A stretch of 64,000 bases of DNA from an uncultured Gammaproteobacteria bacterium (GTDB lineage: Bacteria > Patescibacteriota > Microgenomatia > Woykebacterales > RBG-16-39-9b), in assembly GCA_964360785.1 (NCBI GenBank), contig CAYHXX010000001.1, positions 9,334 to 73,333 of the forward strand. The letters run 5' to 3'. The position numbers were made by a program, and so were the translations under genes. The first letter of the stretch is position 1. Every line of letters starts with the position of its first letter. Below the pieces are notes generated by a model. The model saw nothing but the letters and a program-made list of their open reading frames with translations, ran no database searches and was not told the origin of the DNA. Positions 29,553 through 38,679 of the stretch are shown here, piece by piece.

Positions 29553-30467
29553 TCAGAGTTTAATCTTGCCGTGCGAAGGTGAGCGCCGGCGTTGTCTATA
29601 GGGTTTCCCGTTCTCCTCTTCAACATTGATTGGTGGGCCACTAACTAAATCATGTACATAACCGCAGCAGATGCAGGTCGCGTAGACGCCGTACCAATCT
29701 CTTTCGTGAATCATCGAACCACGACAGCGAGGGCATGTTCGGGGTAGGTTCGTCTTCGGCGGAACTACACCGTTAGAATTCGGTGTGGCGACAGGCTTCA
29801 CCTTTACCGGTGTTGGTTGAATCGGTGCGGGTTTTGGTTCTTCCCAGGCTGGTTTCGGCGCTCGAACTGTTGGACTCGAAGGTACTTGTTCTCGAGCAGT
29901 GGCTTGTTGGAGCATAAGCTCGATCGCTTGCCTTCGGTCCTCTCTACGACGGAACCGTTCCGCTTCTCGTTCCTGTTTCGCTTGCTTTTCGTCCTTCTCT
30001 TGTCGGATTTTCTCCCCGACGCCGAAATCGTCGACCCTGTTTGTGGAAGCAGGTTTTCGCGGAGTTGCACCAAGACGTGGCTTTCCCCTTGGGATCGAAA
30101 ACTCGGCGGCCCACTTTTCGGAAAGAATCAGCGGATCCTCCGTTAGTAGGTTCTGCCAGAGTTGCCAGTTCGGTGCGGTTCGTCGGCCGGGCGAATGTCT
30201 TCTTGTTCGAAAATGGTGTATCGAGATCTTGGGCCCGAGAGCATAGATCTTTCGACTGGACTTTTCACGCACAGCTACAAGCCAGCGCTGACCTTCCTCA
30301 GCAACAGAATCTTCGAAGTAGATTTGGGCGGTTTGGGTAAACGGTCGCCCATACCCAATCATCTCGTAGATAACTGTCAACTCCAATGGGTTGTAACCCC
30401 AGGGATTCGTATCAGCGCACAGGTACAACCCCGGACGTAGGTTCCGAACCAGATTACTGAGACTCAC
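29553..30467 (-). CDS. Hypothetical protein with coiled coil and C-terminal C4 zinc ribbon
   Basis: CPRC...CICCG, basic tail; AAGGAGGTG SD and GTG start. Confidence 0.7.
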   Translation of the reverse strand: MSLSNLVRNLRPGLYLCADTNPWGYNPLELTVIYEMIGYGRPFTQTAQIYFEDSVAEEGQRWLVAVREKSSRKIYALGPKISIHHFRTRRHSPGRRTAPNWQLWQNLLTEDPLILSEKWAAEFSIPRGKPRLGATPRKPASTNRVDDFGVGEKIRQEKDEKQAKQEREAERFRRREDRRQAIELMLQQATAREQVPSSPTVRAPKPAWEEPKPAPIQPTPVKVKPVATPNSNGVVPPKTNLPRTCPRCRGSMIHERDWYGVYATCICCGYVHDLVSGPPINVEEENGKPYRQRRRSPSHGKIKL

Positions 30468-30574
30468 TGGTCACCTCCTTTCCTCGGGTGCTCTCTCGAA
30501 GTGGAAAAACCTAGGCTGATATTAACAATAATATACTAGGAAAACAATTGTTGAGTTGCGAACGATTATATTTT

Positions 30575-31249
30575 TTATTTTCTGATTCTGATCAGAGAGG
30601 GATTGTCGACTCCTCCACCGGCGCCGGCATACATGCCAAAAAGAAAATCACTGATCTTATACTTGTGTTTGCCTCCCCGCTCGTCCCAAAGCGGATCATT
30701 GACGTAAACGAATTTACGGTCGATTCCGGTGACAACATTAAAATGAAAGTTGAAGCGTGGGTTTTTGGCAAAAAGAAAACTGGAGGTAAGAACTACGATC
30801 GATGGGTTTTTACTCTTTAACTCTTCGCGGATGTCCTCTTCAGTTGGAATTTTTACTTCGACTACTCCCCCATCTTTCATGAACTGCAAAAAGAATTTCA
30901 CCGCTCTTTTGTCGTTCGAAGTTTTGATACCGTATCCAGCAATTGCTTTGCTTTTTGTATTAGAAATTTTTTCTAAGTGGTTTTTTATTTTGTCTTGAGA
31001 AGCACCGATTTCGTTAAGCGTAAAGAGCCCAGGGTTAAAAGTGGTAACTGTTACTTTGAACCCATTTTTGATTAAGAACGAACCCAGTTGAGGACAGTAA
31101 GTTCCAAATTTATCAGCCTCTAAATTTTTCTGGATTTGTTCAAAGGTAAACGGCAGTTTCCAAAACTTTGTAATCATGTTGACCGCAGCAATTCCGCAAT
31201 CAACAGAATCTTTTTCTTGACGAACAATTGGAACGTTTAATGGTTTCAT
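30575..31249 (-). CDS. C39-like (papain-fold) cysteine peptidase
   Basis: LNVP..RQ.....DCG.AA, HFNVVTGID, VYVNDP; start moved to ATG at 31249. Confidence 0.85.
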   Translation of the reverse strand: MKPLNVPIVRQEKDSVDCGIAAVNMITKFWKLPFTFEQIQKNLEADKFGTYCPQLGSFLIKNGFKVTVTTFNPGLFTLNEIGASQDKIKNHLEKISNTKSKAIAGYGIKTSNDKRAVKFFLQFMKDGGVVEVKIPTEEDIREELKSKNPSIVVLTSSFLFAKNPRFNFHFNVVTGIDRKFVYVNDPLWDERGGKHKYKISDFLFGMYAGAGGGVDNPSLIRIRK

Positions 31250-31419
31250 TTTGAGGGAATTGTACAGGTAGGTTTGAAAGTTGTCAAAAAGTTTGGGAAA
31301 ATTAATAAGTAAATTAAATGTCAGAGGACTCCCGCCGGGTTCGAAAACCTGGTGGCGGGAGTCCCTGTAGCCCACGTAGTGGTCGCAGAGCGCGGAGCGA
31401 TCTATCTCCGTTCCATGTG

Positions 31420-31962
31420 CTAGTGGAATCGGCTGATGTCGATCACCTGGATGCGTGGATCGCTGCTGCTCTCCTCGTTGTCGTAGTCCACCGGTTGGAA
31501 GTGGAGGTGACGTTCCGGGTTGAAGCTCGGGTGCTTCTCCACCCACTCCCTGTAGGCCTCTTCGTCGTCCTTGGTGATCTCGCCGATGAAGGCCATCTCG
31601 ACCTCGTGCTGGGCTTGCACTCGGAGAGCTCGCAGGCAGTGGAGTGCGAGCAGCTGCATCACTTGGATGGGCTGCTCAGTGAACGCGCCGTCCTTGTATT
31701 TGCGCGCGACCTGGCGGTAGAGATTGAGGACCAACGCTTTGAGCTCGTCGAGGTCTTTCGCGACGACGAACTGATCCACCTCGGGATCGCTGGCTGTTCT
31801 CCGCATCTCCCGGGCGAACGCGTCCTTGTAGTTGGAGTGCGCATAGGCAGCTTCCATCTCTCCGAGCACGATCCCGGGAAAGAAGCTCCAGACGGTGTAG
31901 TGCAGGTCGTACGGGTTTTCCCGTAGCCTTGCCAGGGTGTAGTTTTCCACGGCGGTGACCAT
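31420..31962 (-). CDS. Hypothetical protein with GC-rich codon usage
   Basis: 180 aa, GAAAGG SD, terminator near 31328-31364. Confidence 0.7.
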   Translation of the reverse strand: MVTAVENYTLARLRENPYDLHYTVWSFFPGIVLGEMEAAYAHSNYKDAFAREMRRTASDPEVDQFVVAKDLDELKALVLNLYRQVARKYKDGAFTEQPIQVMQLLALHCLRALRVQAQHEVEMAFIGEITKDDEEAYREWVEKHPSFNPERHLHFQPVDYDNEESSSDPRIQVIDISRFH

Positions 31963-32016
31963 TCCTTTCGTTCCCTCCCTTGCTTCTGAATGATTGATGG
32001 GAATATTTTACCACAC

Positions 32017-32913
32017 TCAGTCTACTATAGGATTTCTTGAAGGTAAAACTCTAACTAACGACCAAGCGGTTTGGGTTGAAGATGGTTTGGTGAAGATTTT
32101 GTAGGACTTAAAGTCCGTTTTTGAGCTGCCAAACAAAAATTGACCAGGATCAGAAATAACCTCAATGTCGCCTACTCCAATGTTTCTTCCACCTTCATAC
32201 CATAAGAAAAAAGGTCCAAAAAAAGTCTTTTCTTGGTTTAAAGAATAGGAAACTGCCCTTGCTTGCTTTGTTGTTGCCAAAGATATGGCCATGCAGTTTT
32301 TTCCAACTCCATAACTATTGGGTTTAGATGCGACTATTCTTATCGCCTTAACCAAGGCTTTTTCTATCTCATCAACAGTATTTGCCTTACGAAGTGATGC
32401 TTGTAAAATCCTTCTGTCGTTTCGATCAAAAGGTTGCGTTGGTGGAATTATGATAACTTGTGGTCGAGATGAATCAAGCGACTCAACTTTAAATTCTTTT
32501 TCGACAGAACCATTAGTTGAGACATTAGAAATAGTTCGAACATATGGTTTAAGGATTGTATCATTTTTCTGTTCCCATCCGGCAATTACGAAAACGTGTC
32601 GTTTTTCTAAATGATCTGGAAAAGTTCGAAACAATTCCGTAGCCTTTTTTGCTAACACTTCAACCGCTATCTGTACCTCAAGTTCGCATAAACCTTCTTC
32701 TTGTATTGTCTCTGTTAACCAATGATCAATCCGCTTATCATTTACCCTACCTATCCCTGCAAAAGTTATTGTTAACAATGCATTCTCACAAGAAAAGACT
32801 AAAGCTTTGTTTGCCTGATCGTTGACGGTAATGCCAGTCGCCATATCAGTAAACATTCGATCTGACACTTGTACTATTAAATTCTTTGTCACCGCAGTTA
32901 AATTTAGTGTCAT
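32017..32913 (-). CDS. Putative Ntn-hydrolase (proteasome beta-like) fold protein
   Basis: Starts MTL..., followed by VSDR..T, KAL, TFAG.G, VIAGW and GVG. Confidence 0.55.
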   Translation of the reverse strand: MTLNLTAVTKNLIVQVSDRMFTDMATGITVNDQANKALVFSCENALLTITFAGIGRVNDKRIDHWLTETIQEEGLCELEVQIAVEVLAKKATELFRTFPDHLEKRHVFVIAGWEQKNDTILKPYVRTISNVSTNGSVEKEFKVESLDSSRPQVIIIPPTQPFDRNDRRILQASLRKANTVDEIEKALVKAIRIVASKPNSYGVGKNCMAISLATTKQARAVSYSLNQEKTFFGPFFLWYEGGRNIGVGDIEVISDPGQFLFGSSKTDFKSYKIFTKPSSTQTAWSLVRVLPSRNPIVD

Positions 32914-32951
32914 GCTTGAGAATATTAGCACTTGGAAAAGGAGCGGGCAAA

Positions 32952-33290
32952 TTATTTTTTCTTGGGGATTTTCTTTTCTACAAATCTGACAAAGTGATAA
33001 GACTTCTCTACGATTGGCCAGGTATTTTCAATCTCCTCAACAGAGGTGATTTCAGCTGTAACCCAAGTCTTTCCAAACTCAAACTTTTCGAAAAAACCAG
33101 TTTCCCTAGCTTCTTCAAAATCCTCTGCCGAAAGACGAAGTAAAAGTTGGAAGAGATTATCGTCGATTTTTTTATACCCACCAAAAAACTTCCTCTCCGG
33201 AGTGTGCGCGATCGTCCAGCCAAATTCTTTGCGCCAGGTTATAGGACCGAGATTTTCGATTTTTTGGATCAAGATTTCTTCAAGTGACAT
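32952..33290 (-). CDS. Small hypothetical protein (possibly TfoX/YjbR-like)
   Basis: RKEFG near the N-terminus; KTWV..EI and terminal SY.FV pattern. Confidence 0.55.
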   Translation of the reverse strand: MSLEEILIQKIENLGPITWRKEFGWTIAHTPERKFFGGYKKIDDNLFQLLLRLSAEDFEEARETGFFEKFEFGKTWVTAEITSVEEIENTWPIVEKSYHFVRFVEKKIPKKK

Positions 33291-33333
33291 GTGAGTAACT
33301 TAACACTTTGAAAAGAAGTGGGCAAATAAGATA

Positions 33334-33369
33334 AAAGAAACTCCCGTCGAGGTTTGCTCGGACGGGAGT
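33334..33369 (-). terminator. Intrinsic terminator
   Basis: ACTCCCGTC..GACGGGAGT stem with a U-rich tail on the - strand. Confidence 0.75.
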
Positions 33370-33403
33370 CGGTGGTTCTTACATATGTTGCTGCGTTGAG
33401 TCT

Positions 33404-33751
33404 TCAGGAAACGATCTCCTCGTGGCTCGATTCGGTCGGCTTCGTCTCGCCGATAACCGGTGGTGCGTCCTTGCTGATTGTCACCGGAGTCGTAAGGCCC
33501 TCGTACTCGAAGACCAGTTCGACCTTGTGGTTCTCGGCAAGGCGGATGTCCACAAGACTTGACCATTCGAGGCGGTACAGCACGACGCTGCCGAGGGTGG
33601 TTCCCTTGTACCTCAGGATGTTGCCGTTGGCCTGATGCAGGCTGTAGCGAACGCCTTTCCGTACCCACGTCACGACGCCGTGAATGATTTTCGCCTGAAA
33701 ATGGGCGGCGACTTGATCGGTCCACTTCTCTTCGAGCAGAACTGTTGCCAT
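33404..33751 (-). CDS. Hypothetical protein, paralog of 36410-36760
   Basis: AAGGAGG SD; shares VA.H.QA, HKV.LVF and VTISKD..PVI. Confidence 0.75.
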   Translation of the reverse strand: MATVLLEEKWTDQVAAHFQAKIIHGVVTWVRKGVRYSLHQANGNILRYKGTTLGSVVLYRLEWSSLVDIRLAENHKVELVFEYEGLTTPVTISKDAPPVIGETKPTESSHEEIVS

Positions 33752-33770
33752 GACGCCCTCCTTCGCTGTG

Positions 33771-34160
33771 CTAGTTGCTGAAGAACTCGCCGAGCATCGT
33801 ACCGCCGGGTACGATCTTGGCGAACAAGTCAGTCGTACTCTCGTCCCGGTGCTGGCTGTGGCAGATTGGGTGGATTGCCGGTGGTTGGTTGAACAGCCTA
33901 CCGATGGCTACCTCAGCCCGTTTGATCTCTGCCAGACCAGCGCGATTGGCCGGATTGTTGTTGTCCCTCGATAGGACCGTGACGATGTGCAGAACCCTTC
34001 CAGTCGGAAGGTGGCCGAAGATGACCCCTGCCTGGACTTCCCGCTTGCGCAGTTCGTCCATGAATGCACCCGCGGCCCGTGTGAGAGTGTCGGCCCGGTC
34101 CTCGCCGACCCCGACTTCAACCAGCTTCTGCTGTAGCCAACTGATTCCGTGAAAGACCAA
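33771..34160 (-). CDS. Hypothetical protein (GC-rich)
   Basis: AGGAGG SD before TTG at 34160. Confidence 0.6.
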   Translation of the reverse strand: MVFHGISWLQQKLVEVGVGEDRADTLTRAAGAFMDELRKREVQAGVIFGHLPTGRVLHIVTVLSRDNNNPANRAGLAEIKRAEVAIGRLFNQPPAIHPICHSQHRDESTTDLFAKIVPGGTMLGEFFSN

Positions 34161-34352
34161 GATGACCTCCTGCTTCCTGCAGATCCCTGCTGTGGGGTGC
34201 TTTCTTTGCAGCGATTTTAGCAATATTGTTGGATTTAGGCAAATAGAGCTACATTTTTTTGAAATTGAGAAAAAAAGAATTGCCGCCGATCAACAGGGAG
34301 AGTGACCGGCGGTTCGAAGACACTGATTCGAGATAGCCGTGCGCCCAGTACG

Positions 34353-34484
34353 TTAGGCGATCTTGCCGTTCTCGAAGAACAGGTGCGCAGTCAGAACGAC
34401 GCCAAATGCGGTGAGGAGGACGAGAGCCTTCTCTACCGTACTGAGTCTTTGCGGTTGAAACCGTTCGGATGACTGATCCCTCAT
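34353..34484 (-). CDS. Small single-TM protein (43 aa)
   Basis: AGGAG SD, one hydrophobic helix, own promoter and terminator. Confidence 0.5.
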   Translation of the reverse strand: MRDQSSERFQPQRLSTVEKALVLLTAFGVVLTAHLFFENGKIA

Positions 34485-34623
34485 GGAAATTTCTCCTGCT
34501 AACTCCCTGCAGGGATAATTATATTTATTTTTCGTTTGGAAATAAATGGACAATTAAAGCGGATTAAAAAGTGGGTTGTGATCTCTCTCCGGAGAACACT
34601 ACCCGAAAGCTGAGTTTCGCTAG

Positions 34624-35073
34624 CTACATTGGATACTCCTCAGCTTCCTCTTCCCGTCGTTTATCAAGAGCAAAGAGTTCAAATGAACGCCGAACATTCT
34701 TCGCAATCTGTTTCGGATCCTTACTGCTCTCGCATTTGAAGCCATGCCACCTGCGATACTTTTCGCGTGCCTCTGGAGTAATGATTCCGGTGGTCGCCAC
34801 CAAAGTTATCACAAAATGGGGCTCTTTCCTTTCGATGTGACCAATCGCCCACTCGATATCAGTTTGTGTAATCTGTTCATTAATACAGACCCAGACCATC
34901 CCATCTTTGTTTACAACAATGATCTGTGGCCCACGTGCTAAACCAGATTGAATCTGTATATTCAGATCTGTGGTCTGTAGTTCTCTGGCAATACTTCGGA
35001 TACGAGCTGGTAAGCTCATATCAGCTGGGATGCCAGGGAGCATGAGGACAAGAGTGTCGAAGAACCGAGGCAT
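34624..35073 (-). CDS. Hypothetical protein
   Basis: 149 aa, AAGGAGGAG SD. Confidence 0.65.
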   Translation of the reverse strand: MPRFFDTLVLMLPGIPADMSLPARIRSIARELQTTDLNIQIQSGLARGPQIIVVNKDGMVWVCINEQITQTDIEWAIGHIERKEPHFVITLVATTGIITPEAREKYRRWHGFKCESSKDPKQIAKNVRRSFELFALDKRREEEAEEYPM

Positions 35074-35192
35074 CAGACTCCTCCTTCTGAAAGTAGCGAT
35101 CTCTGGTTCGCGAGGTGAGATTATATCAAATTGGGAAAAAGAAAGACTCCCTTTGGTTTACGCCGTGGGGAGTCTGAGATCTCTAGTTTGTT

Positions 35193-35561
35193 TCATTTGC
35201 TGATTACTCTAAACCGTTTGGACCTTTCCCGATGTTGCCATCTGAGTCTGTGCCACTCGTATTTTGACCAAAGACACGACAGCAGTGTCACCGTCAGAAT
35301 GAACACTGGTAGAACTATGGTCGGGATGACGAAATTGGCTGTCCATTGAAAATGCGTTGTTGGGAACAACAGTAGAACTGTTCCGACATAAGCTGGTCCA
35401 ATAATGAATAGTGCAATTCCACTGATCAATATGTCGCCCGTCTTCCAGAAAGCAACCGATTGTCTGATCTTTCGAATTCTCCCACTCTGTCCTGTTCGGT
35501 TGCGGCGATTACTCTTGAGCAGACGAAGCGTTGGTTTGGGTTGCTGATTCCCATAACCCAT
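35193..35561 (-). CDS. Hypothetical two-TM membrane protein
   Basis: Two hydrophobic helices with basic flanks; GAGGAGG SD. Confidence 0.6.
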   Translation of the reverse strand: MGYGNQQPKPTLRLLKSNRRNRTGQSGRIRKIRQSVAFWKTGDILISGIALFIIGPAYVGTVLLLFPTTHFQWTANFVIPTIVLPVFILTVTLLSCLWSKYEWHRLRWQHRERSKRFRVISK

Positions 35562-35678
35562 GAATCACCCTCCTCTTTTTTGTCTTTGGTTTTTATATGT
35601 TAGCACTGGGGAAAGAAGTGGGCAAATTTATAAATAAGAAAAAGAAAGACCCCCTTGGTTACCCGTAGGAGTCTGTGG

Positions 35679-36254
35679 TCAGTTGATAATCGTGCCTTGA
35701 GCGTTGATTGGCACTTGGACCGATCTTACTTGAGATTTTCTACTTTTTCTTGTTCGCGATCTTCTCCTGTTGTTTTCAAACATTTTTTTCGGAAAGACTC
35801 CAGCAGAGATACTCAGGAATACTCTATCCAGGCTGGGGTATTTCGTTGTCGATCTTTCCATCAGTTTCCAGAAGCCCTTGATATGTTCGTTTAGCATTTT
35901 GCCAAGTATTGTCTTTTGTACATGCAGCGGTAGATTTGACAGGACAATAATGGCAACCGCTACTGCGTGGGCATAAGCTATTTGGTGCGGAACTGAGTTG
36001 TTTCCTGGCATCGCGCTGTAGAACATGTGATAGCAGTGTTCCACATGGTCCTTCAAATCTTCGACAGGTAACGCTAACAGTTTCGGATCGCCCGCTATTT
36101 CCTTTCTGGTTTCTTGAAGGCAGCCAGCAATTTCTGGTGTATCAAGTGTTTCTTGTTTCCAATTGACCCGAGGGAACTTTCGGCGCACCATAGCCAGGAC
36201 GGGTGTTGGGTCAGACAAGAGACTGACGAGAGTGTACAGCTTGGGTGGTGGCAT
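35679..36254 (-). CDS. Hypothetical helical protein with basic tail
   Basis: 191 aa, GGAGG SD, terminator. Confidence 0.65.
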   Translation of the reverse strand: MPPPKLYTLVSLLSDPTPVLAMVRRKFPRVNWKQETLDTPEIAGCLQETRKEIAGDPKLLALPVEDLKDHVEHCYHMFYSAMPGNNSVPHQIAYAHAVAVAIIVLSNLPLHVQKTILGKMLNEHIKGFWKLMERSTTKYPSLDRVFLSISAGVFPKKMFENNRRRSRTRKSRKSQVRSVQVPINAQGTIIN

Positions 36255-36409
36255 CCTATTCCTCCGTGAACTCGTCCTTTCGTGATGAGGATTTTATCAC
36301 ATCTTATAATTCATAGTAAATTGGAGAAGGATTTTAGAAATGAAAGAAGGGAAGGTCCGGTGTGGATCTTCCCTTTGGGGTGCAGAGCTGGGTGTTGGTT
36401 TCACGAGCT

Positions 36410-36760
36410 TTAGGAGACAGTACCCTCTCTGCTGGTCGGTGTTGCTGGTGGTTCTCCAACGATGACCGGCGAGCTGTCCTTGCTGATCGTCACCATTCGC
36501 TTGTGGCCATCACGTTTGAAGACCAGGGCAACCTTGTGACCGGCGATCCAGAGGATTTCCGTCAGGCCTTCCCAGTTGAGGTCACTGAGGCTGGATCCGG
36601 ACGTGGTGACCTCGGTTAGGGAGACACTGTCGCCGGTTCGGTCCAGCGCGGTGTGAACTCCCTGGTGATCCCAGCGGATCCTGCCGTTGGAGGTTTCCGC
36701 CTGCAAATGGCCGGCGACCTCCATCCACTTACTTGCGCGTTCTTCAGGCGTCATTTGCAC
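36410..36760 (-). CDS. Hypothetical protein, paralog of 33404-33751
   Basis: AGGAGGAG SD, GTG start; shared motifs with the paralog. Confidence 0.75.
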   Translation of the reverse strand: MQMTPEERASKWMEVAGHLQAETSNGRIRWDHQGVHTALDRTGDSVSLTEVTTSGSSLSDLNWEGLTEILWIAGHKVALVFKRDGHKRMVTISKDSSPVIVGEPPATPTSREGTVS

Positions 36761-36890
36761 TTACTCCTCCTGCTAATATCGTTCCGTTAGGGGCTATTTT
36801 AGCATATAGTTAATAAAAATGGGATTTACTTGAGGATCTTGGCAATGAATTTGTGGGTTGAAACAACCATGTAGAGTGTTGTTTTCCTGA

Positions 36891-37415
36891 TTAGTCCCAA
36901 AAGATCGGGTCAGAGATAAACGGGCCAAAAGCAAAAATTATTCCGTGTGAATAAGCTAGATCGCGAGGCAGGTGCTTGTTGCTGATTAGACCCATCACAC
37001 CTTCCTCCTGATAAATATTTGGGTTACCCGAAAGCCCAATCACAACGTCTCTTAGTTCTTTTCCAGCCAAAAGTTGCTTGGAGATTTTGTCTGATACCTG
37101 CCAGTGTGCTGAAGTACCCAGTCCCAGATTACCTTTCCTATCGACTACGGCAATCCAGCCACTTTCGAACCAGCGCTCCCCCACTTTGTGCATGCCACCT
37201 TCCATACCGATTGCATAATCTGCTTTGGTTTTTTTCAGCGCGTTTTGGGCGCGGTTTATTGCTCCTTTCAGGCTTATTTCAGCAGACTTGGGTTGATTAT
37301 CTACACCGGAATCAACTTCAACTCCTGTTACTTTAGTTCCAGGGAAAAGTTTATCAATGGCTAGTTGGGCGGCACGAATCTTGGCCTCATTTGTACTGCC
37401 GACAACGATTTTCAT
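36891..37415 (-). CDS. yjjX: Inosine/xanthosine triphosphatase (YjjX family)
   Basis: MKIVVGSTN.AK, VDSGV..QP, GAINRA, IGMEGG. Confidence 0.9.
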   Translation of the reverse strand: MKIVVGSTNEAKIRAAQLAIDKLFPGTKVTGVEVDSGVDNQPKSAEISLKGAINRAQNALKKTKADYAIGMEGGMHKVGERWFESGWIAVVDRKGNLGLGTSAHWQVSDKISKQLLAGKELRDVVIGLSGNPNIYQEEGVMGLISNKHLPRDLAYSHGIIFAFGPFISDPIFWD

Positions 37416-38184
37416 CCTATCTTCTTGATCCACTGATCAAAAATATTTTTAATTTCAGCTAAATGTTCTGGTGCTTGGAAAGTGTGGGGTGCACCCTTGA
37501 TTACATGAAGTTCTTTTTTGTCACCTGGAATTGTTTCAAAAAGCACCTGTGACTCATAGAGATGTTCGTCTTTTTCGCCAACAATCAAAAGTACTGGCAT
37601 GGTTAATTTTTCTGCTTGCGGAAGCAAGTCATATTTCATCCGATCTTCAATATGAGACCATTTCAATTTCTTGATTAAACCAGGAATGGACCCACTTTTT
37701 TGTTCTCGCCAACCAGTTTTCTCCCATTGTTCAGCTACCCTTTTGTGGCGCGGGGTTTCAACACTTAACTTTCCGGAAACAACTGTTGAAATTGGGGCTA
37801 AGGCTTTTACCAGTTCAGGATGACGTTCGGCGTACAAAGCAGTTGAAATTCCTCCAAGACTGTGACCGGACAGGCAAAAAGGTTCTTGATACCAGCTTTG
37901 GGTTTTCGCCAGCTAATGACATCTTCGAGATCTTCGTAATAATTTGTTGTGGTGGCATCCGCGTAATCTCCCTCGCTTTCACCATAAGTATTGGTAGTAT
38001 CAAATCTGATAACTGTGTAGCCGGCGTCAGAGAAAGCTTTGGCAAAGGTTTCGATGTGAGGTTGCTCTTTGAAACCGCCTAGTCCGTGGGCTACGAAAGC
38101 AAGGCCTTTTTGGTTCTCGGCCTTCTCAAGAATTAAAACAATCTTTTGCTTTTTGCGGTTTTGGATCGTGATTTTTTCCATAAT
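37412..38184 (-). pseudogene. Alpha/beta hydrolase split by a 1-bp frameshift
   Basis: HGLGG in the upstream ORF; adding one base at ~37909 restores ...WAKTQSWYQEPFCLSGHSLGG and joins the downstream ORF (GEKD, GAPH). Confidence 0.8.
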
Positions 38185-38636
38185 CAAAGGTTGAGTTCCT
38201 GTCTGGAGTTTTCTGGAAAGTTCACTACATCAAAAAGGACAAATTGGGTTGGTTTGATTTTGTAAAACCGATGTGGTTTATCCTTTAAAGCCATAAAGTC
38301 GGCAATTTGTCTTTTTGAAAATATTCTTTTGGTAAAGAGTAGAATTGCTTGGGAAACATCTTTTGGACTTGAAACTATTTCAGCTATTCCCTGCAATTGC
38401 AAACCTCGAGGTGGATCAGCTGGAGTGTGAGGAAGGACAATAGCCGCGGCGACCTTATTATTCTTTTCAACTTCTTTGGAATGTCGGCGTGAAGTTGCGG
38501 AAAACCAGTAAATGTTAAGATCGGAGTCAGCGGCAAACCAAACATTGCAAACCCAAGGTTGATCGTTCACTGAAGTAGCTAGCTGCATAAGCTTGGCCTC
38601 ATTTAAGTAGTCTTTAATTAACTGTTTCAAATTCAT
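38184..38636 (-). CDS. Pyridoxamine 5'-phosphate oxidase-like FMN-binding protein
   Basis: MQLAT...QPW, S...RRHS, N.KVA, GLQLQG.A. Confidence 0.85.
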   Translation of the reverse strand: MNLKQLIKDYLNEAKLMQLATSVNDQPWVCNVWFAADSDLNIYWFSATSRRHSKEVEKNNKVAAAIVLPHTPADPPRGLQLQGIAEIVSSPKDVSQAILLFTKRIFSKRQIADFMALKDKPHRFYKIKPTQFVLFDVVNFPENSRQELNL

Positions 38637-38679
38637 ATTACGTAGACGTTAGTAAAAGGGTTTTCATGGAAATATTTTA

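Noticed and set aside
31318-31926. 202-aa + strand ORF and similar long antisense ORFs
   Set aside because: Shadow frames of GC-rich - strand genes that have the SD and terminator.
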